Shown: piece by piece, positions 27,526-40,227 of the stretch
Layout: every line of letters starts with the position of its first letter
Numbering within the stretch: the first letter of the stretch is position 1
Assembly (NCBI GenBank): GCA_902773895.1
Contig: CACYGB010000013.1
Coordinates: forward strand, 1,050-65,049
From: an uncultured Eubacteriales bacterium
GTDB taxonomy: Bacteria > Bacillota > Clostridia > Christensenellales > Aristaeellaceae
Reading direction: 5' to 3'
DNA: 64,000 bases
Made by a program: the position numbers and the translations under genes
The notes under the pieces: generated by a model
Database searches by the model: none
What the model was told of the DNA's origin: nothing
Seen by the model: only the letters and a program-made list of their open reading frames with translations

Positions 27526-30027
27526 ATGAAGAAAGTTGTATCCATCGCTTTGACGCTGATCATGGTGCTTTCTTCCGTGTCTGCCCTGGCTGAAGGCTTC
27601 GTGCTGGCCGACTCTTACGATGTCGGAACCCGCGCTTTCAACGCCGGCAATGTGACGCTGGAAGCCGCGCCTGCTGGCGGCGGCACCGTGACCACGGACG
27701 TTTTCGCCGGTGAAGAAGGCAAGGACTACACCGACGAAAAGGTGTACACCTACAATGATTACACCAGCGCCATCACCTCCAGCATGAACTGGGACGTGCT
27801 GAGCTGGGAAACCAACGAAGACTCCGCCATTACGGACTACATCATTTCCGGCTTCTACACCTTCAAGATGAACAGCGACAAGACCGGCTATTCCATCGTG
27901 CCGGAAGCCGCCGCTGAAATGCCTGTGGATGTGACCGCCGAGTATGTGGGCAAGATGGGCGTGAAGGAAGGCGAAACCGGCAAGGCCTGGCGTATCGCCC
28001 TGAACCCCGAAGTGTGCTTCAACGACGGCACCAAGGTCAACGCTGATGACTACATCTATTCCATGCAGCAGCAGCTGAACCCCAAGATCCTCAACCGCCG
28101 CGCGGACTCCTGGTATGACGGCACCTTCTCCATCGTCAATGCCAAGAACTATCTGTACGCCGGCAAGACCACCTACGACGCCATCCAGGACACCGCTGAA
28201 AACCTGCTGGCCGCCGGCACCGAAGTGTTCCTGGACCTGGGCTTCTGGGGCATCGTGGGCGCGCCTGACAAGGACGGCAACCCCGCTCCTCAGTATGTGT
28301 CCGTTGCCGATGAAACCCTGTACCGCGACGCCGCCGTGGAAGAAGGCAAGGACGAAGACTGGGTTTCCGCCAAGTATCTGTATGAAACCTACCTGGCTGC
28401 CGGCATGCCCTACAACAGCTACGCTCCCGAATACCTGAAGGTCGCCAACATCGCCAAGGCCGTGACCTGGGACGATGTGGGCCTCAAGAAGATCGACGAC
28501 TACACCATCGACTTCATCCTGGAAGCCCCTGTGGCTGAACCCGCTTTCTATGTGCCCTACAACCTGAGCGGCAACTTCCTGGTGGAAAAGAGCGTCTATG
28601 AAGCCTGCAAGACCTTCTACAAGGACGGTGCCGAAGTGGCCACCGAAGAAGAAGCGGACACCGTGAAGAGCGACTACTGCCGTTCTCTGGAAAAGACCGT
28701 TTCCTACGGCCCCTACATGCTGACCTCCTTCCAGCTGGACAAGGAATACACCCTGAGCCGCAACGAGAGCTGGTTCGGCTATCATGACGGCCGTCACCTG
28801 GGCCAGTACCAGACCGACAACATCGTGGTGAACGTGATCACCGACCACGCCACCCAGATCCTGGCCTTTGAAAAGGGCGAAATCGACGGCGTGTCCCTGC
28901 AGAACGAGGACATGGAAAAGTACGCCGCCAGCCAGTACATCAAGTACGAGCCCCAGAGCTACACCACCAAGCTGACCTTCAACACCAACTACGCCAAGCT
29001 GGTGGAGCACGGCACCAACAGCCAGATCCTGGTCATCGACGAATTCCGCAAGGGCTTCGCTTTCGCCCTGGACGCCAATGACTTCGCCACCGCTTACACC
29101 GCGGCCGGCACCGGCGGCTATGGTATCCTGAACTACATGTACTGCTACGATCCCTTCTCCGGCGCGCTGTACCGCGAAAGCGAACCCGCCAAGAAGGCGC
29201 TGGTTGAACTGTTCGGCATGACCTACGGCGAAGGCGGCGAATACGCTACCCTGGACGAAGCCTACGAAGCCATGACCGGCTACAACATGAGCTATGCCCA
29301 GGAACTGATGGCCATCGCGGCTGACAAAGCCATCGCGGCCAAGATCTGGGACGGCGAAAGCGACATCGTGCTGGATATCCGCCTGTACAACAGCGATACC
29401 ATCTATGTGCAGATGTACAACTACTTCCTCAAGCAGCTGACCGAAGCTGTGAAGGGCAGCAAGTTCGAGGGCAAGATCACCATGACCATGACCCCCGACG
29501 CCGACTACTATGAAACCAACTACTCCGGCGGTGCGGACATGATCTTCACCACCTGGGGCGGCGCCACCATGGATCCCTTCGGCGTGTTCGCCCGCTGCTA
29601 CACCGACGCGGCTGACGGCTCCGGCAACCAGATGGAATACGGCTATGACACCGACGCCATCGCTGTGACCTTCAACTTCGGCGGCGAAATCGGCGAAATC
29701 ACCGACTCCCTGAACCACTGGGCCATGTGGGCCAACAACGCCACCTCCGACGTGCCTGTGATCTTCGAAAAGCTGGGCGCCTTCGCTGATTATGCCTACA
29801 GCACCCGCTGCGAAATCGTGGCCGGCGTGGAGCACGCCTTCATGAACTGGTTCACCACCACCTCCCTGTACTACCGCAACGTGGCCAGCCTGACCAGCCA
29901 GAAGGTCAACAACGGCAGCAACACCTACCTGACCCTGATCGGTTTCGGCGGTCAGGAATTCGTCACCTACAATTATGATGACGCTGCCTGGGCTGATTAC
30001 ATTGCGAACAACACCCTGGTGTACTAA
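27526..30027 (+). CDS. Oversized family-5 (OppA/DppA-like) ABC substrate-binding protein
   Basis: 833 aa with a signal peptide (MKKVVSIALTLIMVLSSVSALA) and no lipobox Cys. It shows SBP_bac_5-like segments and strongly biased, highly-expressed-type codons. A GGGAGGGA RBS lies upstream. Confidence 0.75.
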   Translation: MKKVVSIALTLIMVLSSVSALAEGFVLADSYDVGTRAFNAGNVTLEAAPAGGGTVTTDVFAGEEGKDYTDEKVYTYNDYTSAITSSMNWDVLSWETNEDSAITDYIISGFYTFKMNSDKTGYSIVPEAAAEMPVDVTAEYVGKMGVKEGETGKAWRIALNPEVCFNDGTKVNADDYIYSMQQQLNPKILNRRADSWYDGTFSIVNAKNYLYAGKTTYDAIQDTAENLLAAGTEVFLDLGFWGIVGAPDKDGNPAPQYVSVADETLYRDAAVEEGKDEDWVSAKYLYETYLAAGMPYNSYAPEYLKVANIAKAVTWDDVGLKKIDDYTIDFILEAPVAEPAFYVPYNLSGNFLVEKSVYEACKTFYKDGAEVATEEEADTVKSDYCRSLEKTVSYGPYMLTSFQLDKEYTLSRNESWFGYHDGRHLGQYQTDNIVVNVITDHATQILAFEKGEIDGVSLQNEDMEKYAASQYIKYEPQSYTTKLTFNTNYAKLVEHGTNSQILVIDEFRKGFAFALDANDFATAYTAAGTGGYGILNYMYCYDPFSGALYRESEPAKKALVELFGMTYGEGGEYATLDEAYEAMTGYNMSYAQELMAIAADKAIAAKIWDGESDIVLDIRLYNSDTIYVQMYNYFLKQLTEAVKGSKFEGKITMTMTPDADYYETNYSGGADMIFTTWGGATMDPFGVFARCYTDAADGSGNQMEYGYDTDAIAVTFNFGGEIGEITDSLNHWAMWANNATSDVPVIFEKLGAFADYAYSTRCEIVAGVEHAFMNWFTTTSLYYRNVASLTSQKVNNGSNTYLTLIGFGGQEFVTYNYDDAAWADYIANNTLVY

Positions 30028-30268
30028 TCGCACAAGACCAGGCCGGGCTTGCGCCTGTGCCTGAAAGCGCGGGCATGGAGGGTTTTTCCCTCCATGCCCG
30101 TCGCGCTTGCCGGTATGTTTTTCATTTTTTGGAAGGGCATACCGGCAGCCGCCTGTCCATCCTCCGCTGCGCATCTTCCCTTTGCGCGGACGGACGGAAA
30201 TCGGCCCGGCGTGAAAATGAAAGAGGCTTTTACGCCTGGGAGAAAAATCAAGCGGAGGGGAAAACGGA

Positions 30269-31231
30269 ATGACCAAGTATGTCATTAAACGTATCCTGTA
30301 CATGTTCCTGACGATGTTTGTCATCACGGTCATGTGCTTTGTTCTGATCAAGCTGCTGCCGCTGCCCGCTGTGCGCGAAATGGGCCGCGACATCAACCTG
30401 GTGCTGGCCAAACGGGAAAAAATGGGCTACAACAAGCCCATCATGGTGCAATTTTTCCTTTATATGAAGAGCATCTTCACCGAATGGGACTGGGGCGTGG
30501 GCGAACAGATGTATGACAGCCTGCCCATCTGGGACGTGATGATGCAGAAGCTGCCCTATACGGTGGTTGTGAACCTGTATTCCATCCTGATTTCGATTCC
30601 GTTGGGGCTTGGATTGGGAATTTACGCTGCGCTGAAAAAGAACAAGTGGCAGGATGCCTTTATTTCCACCCTGGTCATGGTGTTCATTTCGGTGCCCAGC
30701 TATGTATATGCTTTCCTGGTGCAGTATATTTTCTGCTTTAAGCTGGATTGGTTCCCCCTGCAGCTGGCATCGCTGAGCCAGGCAGGGTCCCTGTTCAGCT
30801 GGCGGATGTTCGTTTCCATGGTGCCGGCCATCATGAGTTTGTCCTTCGGCGTCATCGCCGGCTTCACCCGCTACACCCGGGCGGAGCTGAGCGAGGTGCT
30901 GACGGGCGACTACATGCTCCTGGCCCGCACCAAGGGCCTGACCAAGGCGCAGGCCATATCCCGCCACGCCATGCGCAACGCCATGGTGGTGATCCTGCCC
31001 ATGATCATCGGTGAATTCATCGGCATCCTGGGCGGCTCCATGATCATTGAAAACATTTTCGGCATCCCCGGCATCGGCAACCTGTATATTGCCTCCATCA
31101 ACGTCCGCGACTATAACTTCTTCATGGCGCTGACCGTGTTCTACACCCTGATCGGGCTGGCCTCCGGCATCGTCATTGACATCAGCTACGGATTCATTGA
31201 TCCGCGCATCAGAATGGGGTCGAAGAAATGA
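30269..31231 (+). CDS. ABC permease, OppB/DppB type
   Basis: 320 aa with the typical start MTKYVIKRILYMFLTMFVI and a BPD_transp_1 core. Confidence 0.85.
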   Translation: MTKYVIKRILYMFLTMFVITVMCFVLIKLLPLPAVREMGRDINLVLAKREKMGYNKPIMVQFFLYMKSIFTEWDWGVGEQMYDSLPIWDVMMQKLPYTVVVNLYSILISIPLGLGLGIYAALKKNKWQDAFISTLVMVFISVPSYVYAFLVQYIFCFKLDWFPLQLASLSQAGSLFSWRMFVSMVPAIMSLSFGVIAGFTRYTRAELSEVLTGDYMLLARTKGLTKAQAISRHAMRNAMVVILPMIIGEFIGILGGSMIIENIFGIPGIGNLYIASINVRDYNFFMALTVFYTLIGLASGIVIDISYGFIDPRIRMGSKK

Positions 31232-32766
31232 TGGAACAGAGAATTGATCGCAATATACCCAAGGAAAAATTCCAGTTCGTGCAAAAGGAAGCCCGTATTC
31301 ACGACGAGCGGCTGCAAACCAAATCCGTCGGCTATCTGCAGGACGCGTGGAACCGCTTCCGCACCAACAAAAGCGCCGTGGTGGCCTTTGTGCTCATCAT
31401 GGTGCTGGCGGCCTTTGCCCTGATCGTGCCCGTGGTGTCCAATTACACCGTCACCTTCCGCGACGGGTATTACAAAACCGTGCTGCCCAAGTTCGAGCTG
31501 TTCAAAAACAGCGGCTTCTGGGACGGCGGCAAAAACGAAAAGCAGAGCGTGGCGGGTTATCAGTACCTGAACGCCATCGGCCTGGAAACCGGCAAGCCTG
31601 CCATCATGAAGGTTTACGATTCCTTCCAGGATTCCACCGGCGAAACGTACTACAACCTGCGCGTCGATTCCTACTACTCCGTGGGCTTTGTGTACGTGAA
31701 CCTGAGCGACGCGGAATACCAGGCCCTGATGCAGTACCAGAACGATACGGGCATCCAGGTGATTTACCCGCTGGCCGCCATCCAAAATAAGCACTTCGTG
31801 CGCGGCAACGACGGCGCCAATTTCTGGTACAAACTGCAGGATGAATCCCAGGGCTCCTCCGGCGCCGCGAAGCTGGACGACAACGGGAACTACATTCCCA
31901 ATTACCTGACCTCGGACAATCCGGAGCGGGCCGGCTACACCAGCCTGCGCATCGCCGGCGACGGGGAAAACGGCGTGTGGTACACCTACGCCCAGAAAAA
32001 CCAGACCGGCTACCGCTGCCGTGTGCATTACAGCGAATACTTCTATTACCGCAACGGCTTCTACGCCTCCTTCCTGTTCGGCACCAACGTGTACGGCCAG
32101 GACATCTTCACCTGCCTGGCGGTGGGCGCCCGCTTCAGCCTGCTGCTGGCCATCACCGTGGCCACCATCAACTTCATCCTGGGCGTGATCTACGGCTCCA
32201 TCGAGGGCTACTACGGCGGCGCCACGGACATGATCATGGAGCGCATTTCCGATATTCTGGCCAGCGTTCCCTTCATGGTGACGGCCACGCTGTTCCAGCT
32301 GCACCTGGCGGACAGGGTAGGCGTGGTGGTTTCGCTGCTGTTTGCCTTCGTGCTCACCGGCTGGGTCGGCACGGCATCCCGGGTGCGCACCCAGTTCTAC
32401 CGCTTCAAGGGCCAGGAATACGTGCTGGCCGCCCGCACCCTGGGCGCCAGCGACCGGCGGCTGATTTTCAAGCATATCTTCCCCAACTCCCTGGGCACCA
32501 TCGTCACCGGCGCGGTGATGACCATCCCGGGCGTGATCTTCTCCGAATCCATGCTCAGCTATCTGCACATCATCAACCTGGATACGTCCTCCACCCTGAC
32601 CTCCATCGGCACCATGCTGTCCAACGGCCAGGGCTACCTGAGCACGTACCCTCACATCATCATGTTCCCGGCCATTTTCATTGCCATTCTGGAGATTTCC
32701 TTCAACCTGTTCGGCAATGGCCTGCGCGATGCGCTGAATCCTTCGTTGAGAGGAGCGGACAACTGA
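31228..32766 (+). CDS. ABC permease, OppC/DppC type, with a long extracytoplasmic loop after TM1
   Basis: 512 aa. TM1 is followed by a soluble segment of roughly 230 aa, then the OppC core. It overlaps the upstream gene (ATGA). Confidence 0.8.
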   Translation: MMEQRIDRNIPKEKFQFVQKEARIHDERLQTKSVGYLQDAWNRFRTNKSAVVAFVLIMVLAAFALIVPVVSNYTVTFRDGYYKTVLPKFELFKNSGFWDGGKNEKQSVAGYQYLNAIGLETGKPAIMKVYDSFQDSTGETYYNLRVDSYYSVGFVYVNLSDAEYQALMQYQNDTGIQVIYPLAAIQNKHFVRGNDGANFWYKLQDESQGSSGAAKLDDNGNYIPNYLTSDNPERAGYTSLRIAGDGENGVWYTYAQKNQTGYRCRVHYSEYFYYRNGFYASFLFGTNVYGQDIFTCLAVGARFSLLLAITVATINFILGVIYGSIEGYYGGATDMIMERISDILASVPFMVTATLFQLHLADRVGVVVSLLFAFVLTGWVGTASRVRTQFYRFKGQEYVLAARTLGASDRRLIFKHIFPNSLGTIVTGAVMTIPGVIFSESMLSYLHIINLDTSSTLTSIGTMLSNGQGYLSTYPHIIMFPAIFIAILEISFNLFGNGLRDALNPSLRGADN

Positions 32767-32767
32767 C

Positions 32768-34938
32768 ATGGCAAAGCTGGAAGTAAAAAACCTGACCATA
32801 TCTTTCCGTACGACCAACGGCGCCGTCCGGGCCGTGCGGGATATTTCCTTTGACCTGCAGGAAGGCGAAACCCTGGCCATCGCCGGGGAATCCGGCTCCG
32901 GCAAATCGGTCACCACCCGCGCCGTCATGGGCATCCTGGCAGGAAACGCCATCGTGGACGGCGGCGAAATCATCTACGACGGCAAGGACCTGCTGAAGAT
33001 CCCGGAGGAGGAATTCCATAACCTGCGCGGCCACCGCCTGGCCATGGTGTTCCAGGACCCCCTCAGCGCCCTGAACCCCATCATGCGCATCGGCCGGCAG
33101 CTGACGGAAGCCATGCTGCTCAACAACAAGGAACGCCGCCGGGACGGCCGCGAATCCTTCAACAAGATGCTGAAAAACCTGGAAGAAAAAATGAAGGCCG
33201 CCCAGGTGGGCAGCCCCGCGGAAATCCGGGCCAAGATCAAGGAGTTTGACGGTTTCGTCAAAAATGCCGTTCAGCAGGAATACGACTACAAGGAAGCCAC
33301 CGAAGCCATGGTGGAAGCGCTGGACGGCGTGGACGAGGCGGAGGACGCGCTGATCAAGCGCAACGATAAGGACGCCCGGGAATGCTGCGGCCGTATCATT
33401 CACGCCCTGAAAAAGGTGTATAATCCTTACACCTTCCGGGACGGGGACACCGCCGTGGCCGCCTTTGTGCAGAAGCTGTACGCCTTCAAAAAGAGCTATA
33501 CCGGCCGCCAGCAGGCGGAAATGGAGCAATTGCTTGGCGAAATCAAGGACACCATGAACGGCGTCCTGAACGCCGAAAGCCCCAATTTCTTCTGCATCGG
33601 CTATTCCGCCATGAAAGGCCATGCGCCCGATCCGCAGAAGCAGAGCGTGCAGGAAATTAACGCCCAGGCCCGGGAAGCGCTGGATCAGGGCTTCATGCTG
33701 GATTTCCGCAAGGACGTGGAAAAGGCGCTGGCGTATTCCGAAAAGGAATCCCTGGCGGGCAAGCAGGAGGCCGTGAAGGCGCTGCAGGCGGCGCTGCCCG
33801 TATTCCGGGAAAAGGCGCTGGACGCCGGCAAGTGCAAGGAAGCGCTGAAGGCCTCCGCCGCGGCGGTGAAAGCCTCCATCGACCCGCTGCAATTGGATAA
33901 AGACAGCCAGGCCTACGTTTACGAAAGCGGCGTGAAGGCCTACCTGGAGCGGTATTTCCTGTCCCTGAAGCAGAACCCCCGGGAAGAAAAGCGCTTCGCC
34001 CGGGAAACGGCCAAATTCAACGCCGAAAAGGCCAAGGGCAAAACGCCGCCCTCTGTGGTGCCCATGAACCTGATCGACGCGGACGCGGTGCAGAAAAACC
34101 TGTGCGGCATGGCCGAGGGCCTCAGCGCGCATTTTGAGGAGCAGATCCGCAGCGGCGCCCAGGGCGATTATGAAAACCGCGCGGTGGAAATGATCGACTA
34201 CCTGAAGGCCCGGGCGGAAGATTACGCCTTCAAGCTGTCCAAGGGCATGGCGCGGCACCGGGCCATCGAACTGATGAAGGAAGTGGGCATCCCCGAGCCG
34301 CACAAGCGCTATCGCCAGTATCCCTTTGAGTTTTCCGGCGGCATGCGCCAGCGCATCGTCATCGCCATCGCGCTGTCGGCCAACCCGGATATCCTGATCT
34401 GCGACGAGCCCACCACCGCCCTGGACGTGACCATCCAGGCCCAGATCCTGGAGCTGATCAACCGGCTGAAAAAAGAGCGCAGGCTGTCCGTTATTTTCAT
34501 CACCCACGACCTGGGCGTGGTGGCCAACATGGCGGACAAGATCGCCATCATGTACGCCGGCAAGATCGTGGAATACGGCACGGCGGACGACGTTTTCTAC
34601 GACCCGCGGCATCCCTATACCTGGGCGCTGCTGTCCTCCATGCCGGACCTGGAGACCAAGGAGAAGCTGGAGGCCATTCCCGGTACCCCGCCGGATATGA
34701 TCCTGCCGCCCAAGGGCGACGCCTTCGCCGCCCGCAACCGGTATGCCATGCAGATTGATTTTGAAGAGCAGCCGCCGGTGTTCCAGGTGTCCGATACCCA
34801 TTGGGCCGCCACCTGGCTGCTGCATCCCGACGCGCCCAAGGTGGAGCCCCCGGCCATCGTGACCGACCGGATCCGCCGCATGCAGAAGGCCCAGGCGGAC
34901 CGGGATGCCCTGCAAATGACGAAAGGAGGCGCCGACGC

Positions 34939-34942
<4 letters not shown>
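32768..34942 (+). CDS. OppD-like ABC ATPase with a helical insertion of roughly 380 aa
   Basis: 724 aa. It has Walker A GESGSGKS, a Q-loop region MVFQDPLSALNP, then about 380 aa of charged helical sequence before YPFEFSGGMRQR, ILICDEPTTALD and an oligo_HPY-type C-terminus. Confidence 0.85.
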
Positions 34943-37397
<2,455 letters not shown>

Positions 37398-37401
<4 letters not shown>

Positions 37402-37805
37402 AAAACAAGCGCGTGATCCCCTGGCTGGTGGAGATTGGGCTTTGCCTGCTGTGCGCCCTGGCGGTGGCGCTGCGCCGCGGCGTGTTTACCGCCGGGGATC
37501 CGGTGAAGGTGTACAGCGGATTGTGCGACGCGTTTTTCGTGCCGGGCATCCTGCTGTTCTGCTTCGGGCTGCTGGCCTTCAGCGCCCGAGGCGGCATTTT
37601 CGACATCTTCTCCTACGGCGTCAAAAGCCTGAAGGTGCTGTTCACGCCCTTTGGCAAGCCGGAAAAACACCAGCGGTACTATGACTACAAAATGGAAAAG
37701 GAGGCCCTGCGCGGCAAGCCCAAGCCCCGCACCCTGATCCTGGGGCTGGCGTTCATGGCGCTGGCCGGCGTGTGCCTGCTGCTGTTTTACCAGGCGGGAG
37801 GCTGA
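37398..37805 (+). CDS. DUF3899-like small membrane protein
   Basis: 135 aa with a TTG start overlapping the OppF-like stop and a GAAGGAG RBS. It has four hydrophobic segments. Confidence 0.55.
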
Positions 37806-37835
37806 AGGCCGATCCTGGGAAACGGCAAGGCTGAA

Positions 37836-37872
37836 ACCGTGAAGAGCGGTGATCTCTTCACGGTTTTTTCAT
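37836..37872 (+). terminator. Rho-independent terminator ending the Opp-like operon
   Basis: Stem ACCGTGAAGAG / CTCTTCACGGT followed by TTTTTTC. Confidence 0.75.
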
Positions 37873-37934
37873 TTTTTCCGGCAGGAAACGGGCGGAAAGA
37901 CGCAGAATGAATTACAAAATAAGGAAGAAGGGGG

Positions 37935-38621
37935 ATGCCTGTGCGCTTTTTGCTGGTGGAGGATGAAAAGGCCCTGTCCGCGGCGATTTGCCAGATGCTG
38001 AAAAGGGAAAACTTTGCCGTCGACCCGGTGTATACGGGCACGGACGGCTTTGATTACGCCCAGGACCCGGTGTACGACGCCATTATCCTGGATGTGATGC
38101 TGCCGGGCATGGACGGCTTCCAGGTGCTCAAAAAGCTGCGGCAGCAGGGCATCAAAACGCCGGTGTGCATGCTGACGGCCCGTTCCGGCCTGGAGGACCG
38201 GGTGCGCGGGCTGGAGAGCGGCGCGGATTATTATCTGCCCAAGCCCTTTCAGGGGGCGGAGCTGATCGCCTGCCTGCGGGCCATTACCCGCCGGAAGGAG
38301 GATGCCCCGGTGATGGCGCTGTCCTTTGGCGATGTGGAATTGAACCAGCAATCGGCGTCGATTCTGTGCACCGCCACCGGGCAGACGGTGAAGCTGGGGG
38401 GCAAGGAATACCAGCTGATGGAGCTGTTTATGCGCAATCCCCGGCAGATCCTGAGCAAGGAAACGATTTTTGACCGGGTGTGGGGCCTGGACAGCGACGC
38501 GGACCTGAACAGCGTGGAGGTGTATTTGTCCTTCCTGCGCAAAAAACTGACGTTCATCGGCTCCGGGGTGAAAATCAAGGTATCCCGGGGCATGGGCTAT
38601 TCCATGGAGGAAAATCCATGA
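37935..38621 (+). CDS. OmpR-family response regulator
   Basis: 228 aa with a receiver domain (LLVEDE, ILDVMLPGMDG) and a winged-helix C-terminus. Confidence 0.9.
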   Translation: MPVRFLLVEDEKALSAAICQMLKRENFAVDPVYTGTDGFDYAQDPVYDAIILDVMLPGMDGFQVLKKLRQQGIKTPVCMLTARSGLEDRVRGLESGADYYLPKPFQGAELIACLRAITRRKEDAPVMALSFGDVELNQQSASILCTATGQTVKLGGKEYQLMELFMRNPRQILSKETIFDRVWGLDSDADLNSVEVYLSFLRKKLTFIGSGVKIKVSRGMGYSMEENP

Positions 38622-39895
38622 TCCGGACATTGAAAATCCGCCTGATGGCGCTGGTGGTGACGGGGCTGCTGCTGGCGTCCGCCGTGCTGGTGGTTGCCAT
38701 CAACGGCATGAATCTGCGGTCGGTATCCGCCCAGGCGGAAACGGTGCTGGCCATGCTGGAGGAAAACGGCGGCAAGCGGCCCGATTTTCGCGGGGAAGCC
38801 GACGGCACGGCGCCGGAACGGCCGCAGGGCACCCTGGGGCCGGAGGGCACGTTTTCCCCGGACCGGCGTTTTGGCCGCCGGGGAGATCTGGCCAACCGGG
38901 AAATCCGCAACGCGGTGAATTTTTCCAATTACTTTCTGGTCTACCTGCAGGAGGACGGCACGGTGGAGCGGTGGGAAAGCGAGCGTCAGGGCCTGTATTC
39001 GGACGAGCAGATCCTTTCCTTCGCTTCCTCTGCCGGCAGCGACGCCTCCGGCCGGATCGGGGATGTGTTTTTCCGCCGCAGCAATCAGCTGCTGATCGCG
39101 GTGGACGCCACCATCGAAATGCAGAACGCCCGCAGCTTCCTGCACACCACGGTGCTGGTGGCGCTGGTGCAGTGGGCGGTGCTGTCCGCCGGGGCGGTGT
39201 GGCTGATCCACCGCATGGTCAAGCCGGTGGACGAAGCCATGGAAAAACAGAAGCAGTTCGTCTGGGACGCCAGCCATGAACTGAAAACGCCGCTGGCGGT
39301 GATTTCCGCTAACGCCGAGGTACTATCCGGCGAGGTGGGCGATCATCCGTCCCTGCAGTACATCCAGTCGGAGGTACAGCGGACGGACAAGCTGGTGCAG
39401 AACCTGCTGACCCTGGCCCGGATGGAAAAAGGCACCGTCAAGGCGGCCCATGAGAAATTTGACCTCAGCCGGGCGCTTCTGGGTGTGGCGCTGCCCTTTG
39501 AAAGCACGGTGTTTGAGGCGGGCAAGCAGTTCGACACCCGGATCCCCGACGGCATCTTTTATACCGGCGACGAGGCCATGGTGAAGCAGCTGCTGATGAT
39601 CCTGCTCAGCAACGCCGTCAAGTATTCCGATCCGGGCGGGCAGATCACCCTGACCCTGGAAGCCCGGGGCGACAAGCGCCTGATCCGGGTGCACAATACG
39701 GGGCCTGCGATCCCGCAGGAAGCCCAGGAAAAGATTTTCGACCGCTTCTACCGGGTGGATTCCTCCCACAACCGGGAAACGCCGGGCAACGGCCTGGGCC
39801 TGGCCATCGCCCGCAGCCTGGTGGAGGCGATGAAAGGGAAAATCACCGTGCAGAGCGAGGAAGAAAAAGGCACGGCCTTTACCGTGACCCTGTAA
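38618..39895 (+). CDS. Sensor histidine kinase (two TM helices, HisKA, HATPase_c)
   Basis: 425 aa with an H-box (WDASHELKTPLA), an N-box (LLSNAVKYS) and a G-box (GNGLGLAIA). Its start overlaps the response regulator stop. Confidence 0.9.
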   Translation: MIRTLKIRLMALVVTGLLLASAVLVVAINGMNLRSVSAQAETVLAMLEENGGKRPDFRGEADGTAPERPQGTLGPEGTFSPDRRFGRRGDLANREIRNAVNFSNYFLVYLQEDGTVERWESERQGLYSDEQILSFASSAGSDASGRIGDVFFRRSNQLLIAVDATIEMQNARSFLHTTVLVALVQWAVLSAGAVWLIHRMVKPVDEAMEKQKQFVWDASHELKTPLAVISANAEVLSGEVGDHPSLQYIQSEVQRTDKLVQNLLTLARMEKGTVKAAHEKFDLSRALLGVALPFESTVFEAGKQFDTRIPDGIFYTGDEAMVKQLLMILLSNAVKYSDPGGQITLTLEARGDKRLIRVHNTGPAIPQEAQEKIFDRFYRVDSSHNRETPGNGLGLAIARSLVEAMKGKITVQSEEEKGTAFTVTL

Positions 39896-39913
39896 AAGCG
39901 CTGCCGGGCAGAT

Positions 39914-39946
39914 CACCCGCGGACAGGAATCCGCGGGTCTTTTTGT
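39914..39946 (+). terminator. Rho-independent terminator after the kinase gene
   Basis: Stem ACCCGCGG / CCGCGGGT followed by CTTTTTGT. Confidence 0.7.
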
Positions 39947-40166
39947 ATTTGCGCAAAACCGGTTCGTCCCGTTTTTTGGCTTTTTTGCTCAATAGCTGCT
40001 TCATCCGGCCGTTGCCTCCTCCGTCCCGCTGCGGCGGGAATCCTCATCCACTGCAAGCGGTCCCCCTTCCCCGCTATACCGGAGAAGGCAAAGGCTTCCC
40101 CCGGAAAGGGGAAGCTCCGGCGAAGACGGTGATGAGGCGGCATGCCTGCGCCCCGGCTTTTTGAGA

Positions 40167-40194
40167 AGAAAAAACTCCCGGCAAAAGCCGGGAG
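40167..40194 (-). terminator. Rho-independent terminator after the beta-helix protein gene
   Basis: The minus strand reads CTCCCGGC-tttt-GCCGGGAG followed by TTTTTT. Confidence 0.7.
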
Positions 40195-40227
40195 AAAGGA
40201 GCGGAACGCTTCCGCGTTTTGCAGCCG

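Noticed and set aside
27376-30411. 1011-aa ORF on the minus strand
   Set aside because: It is antisense to the 833-aa SBP gene. The sequence is low-complexity and G/V/A/H-rich. The plus-strand gene has an RBS, a signal peptide and family motifs.
39879-40004. 41-codon Lys-rich minus-strand ORF (MKQLLSKKAKKRDEPVLRKYKKTRGF...) behind a GGAGGAGG motif
   Set aside because: It reads straight through the palindromic kinase-gene terminator and into the kinase 3' end. Its GC3 is atypically low for this genome. It is probably fortuitous, but ribosome profiling could revisit it.
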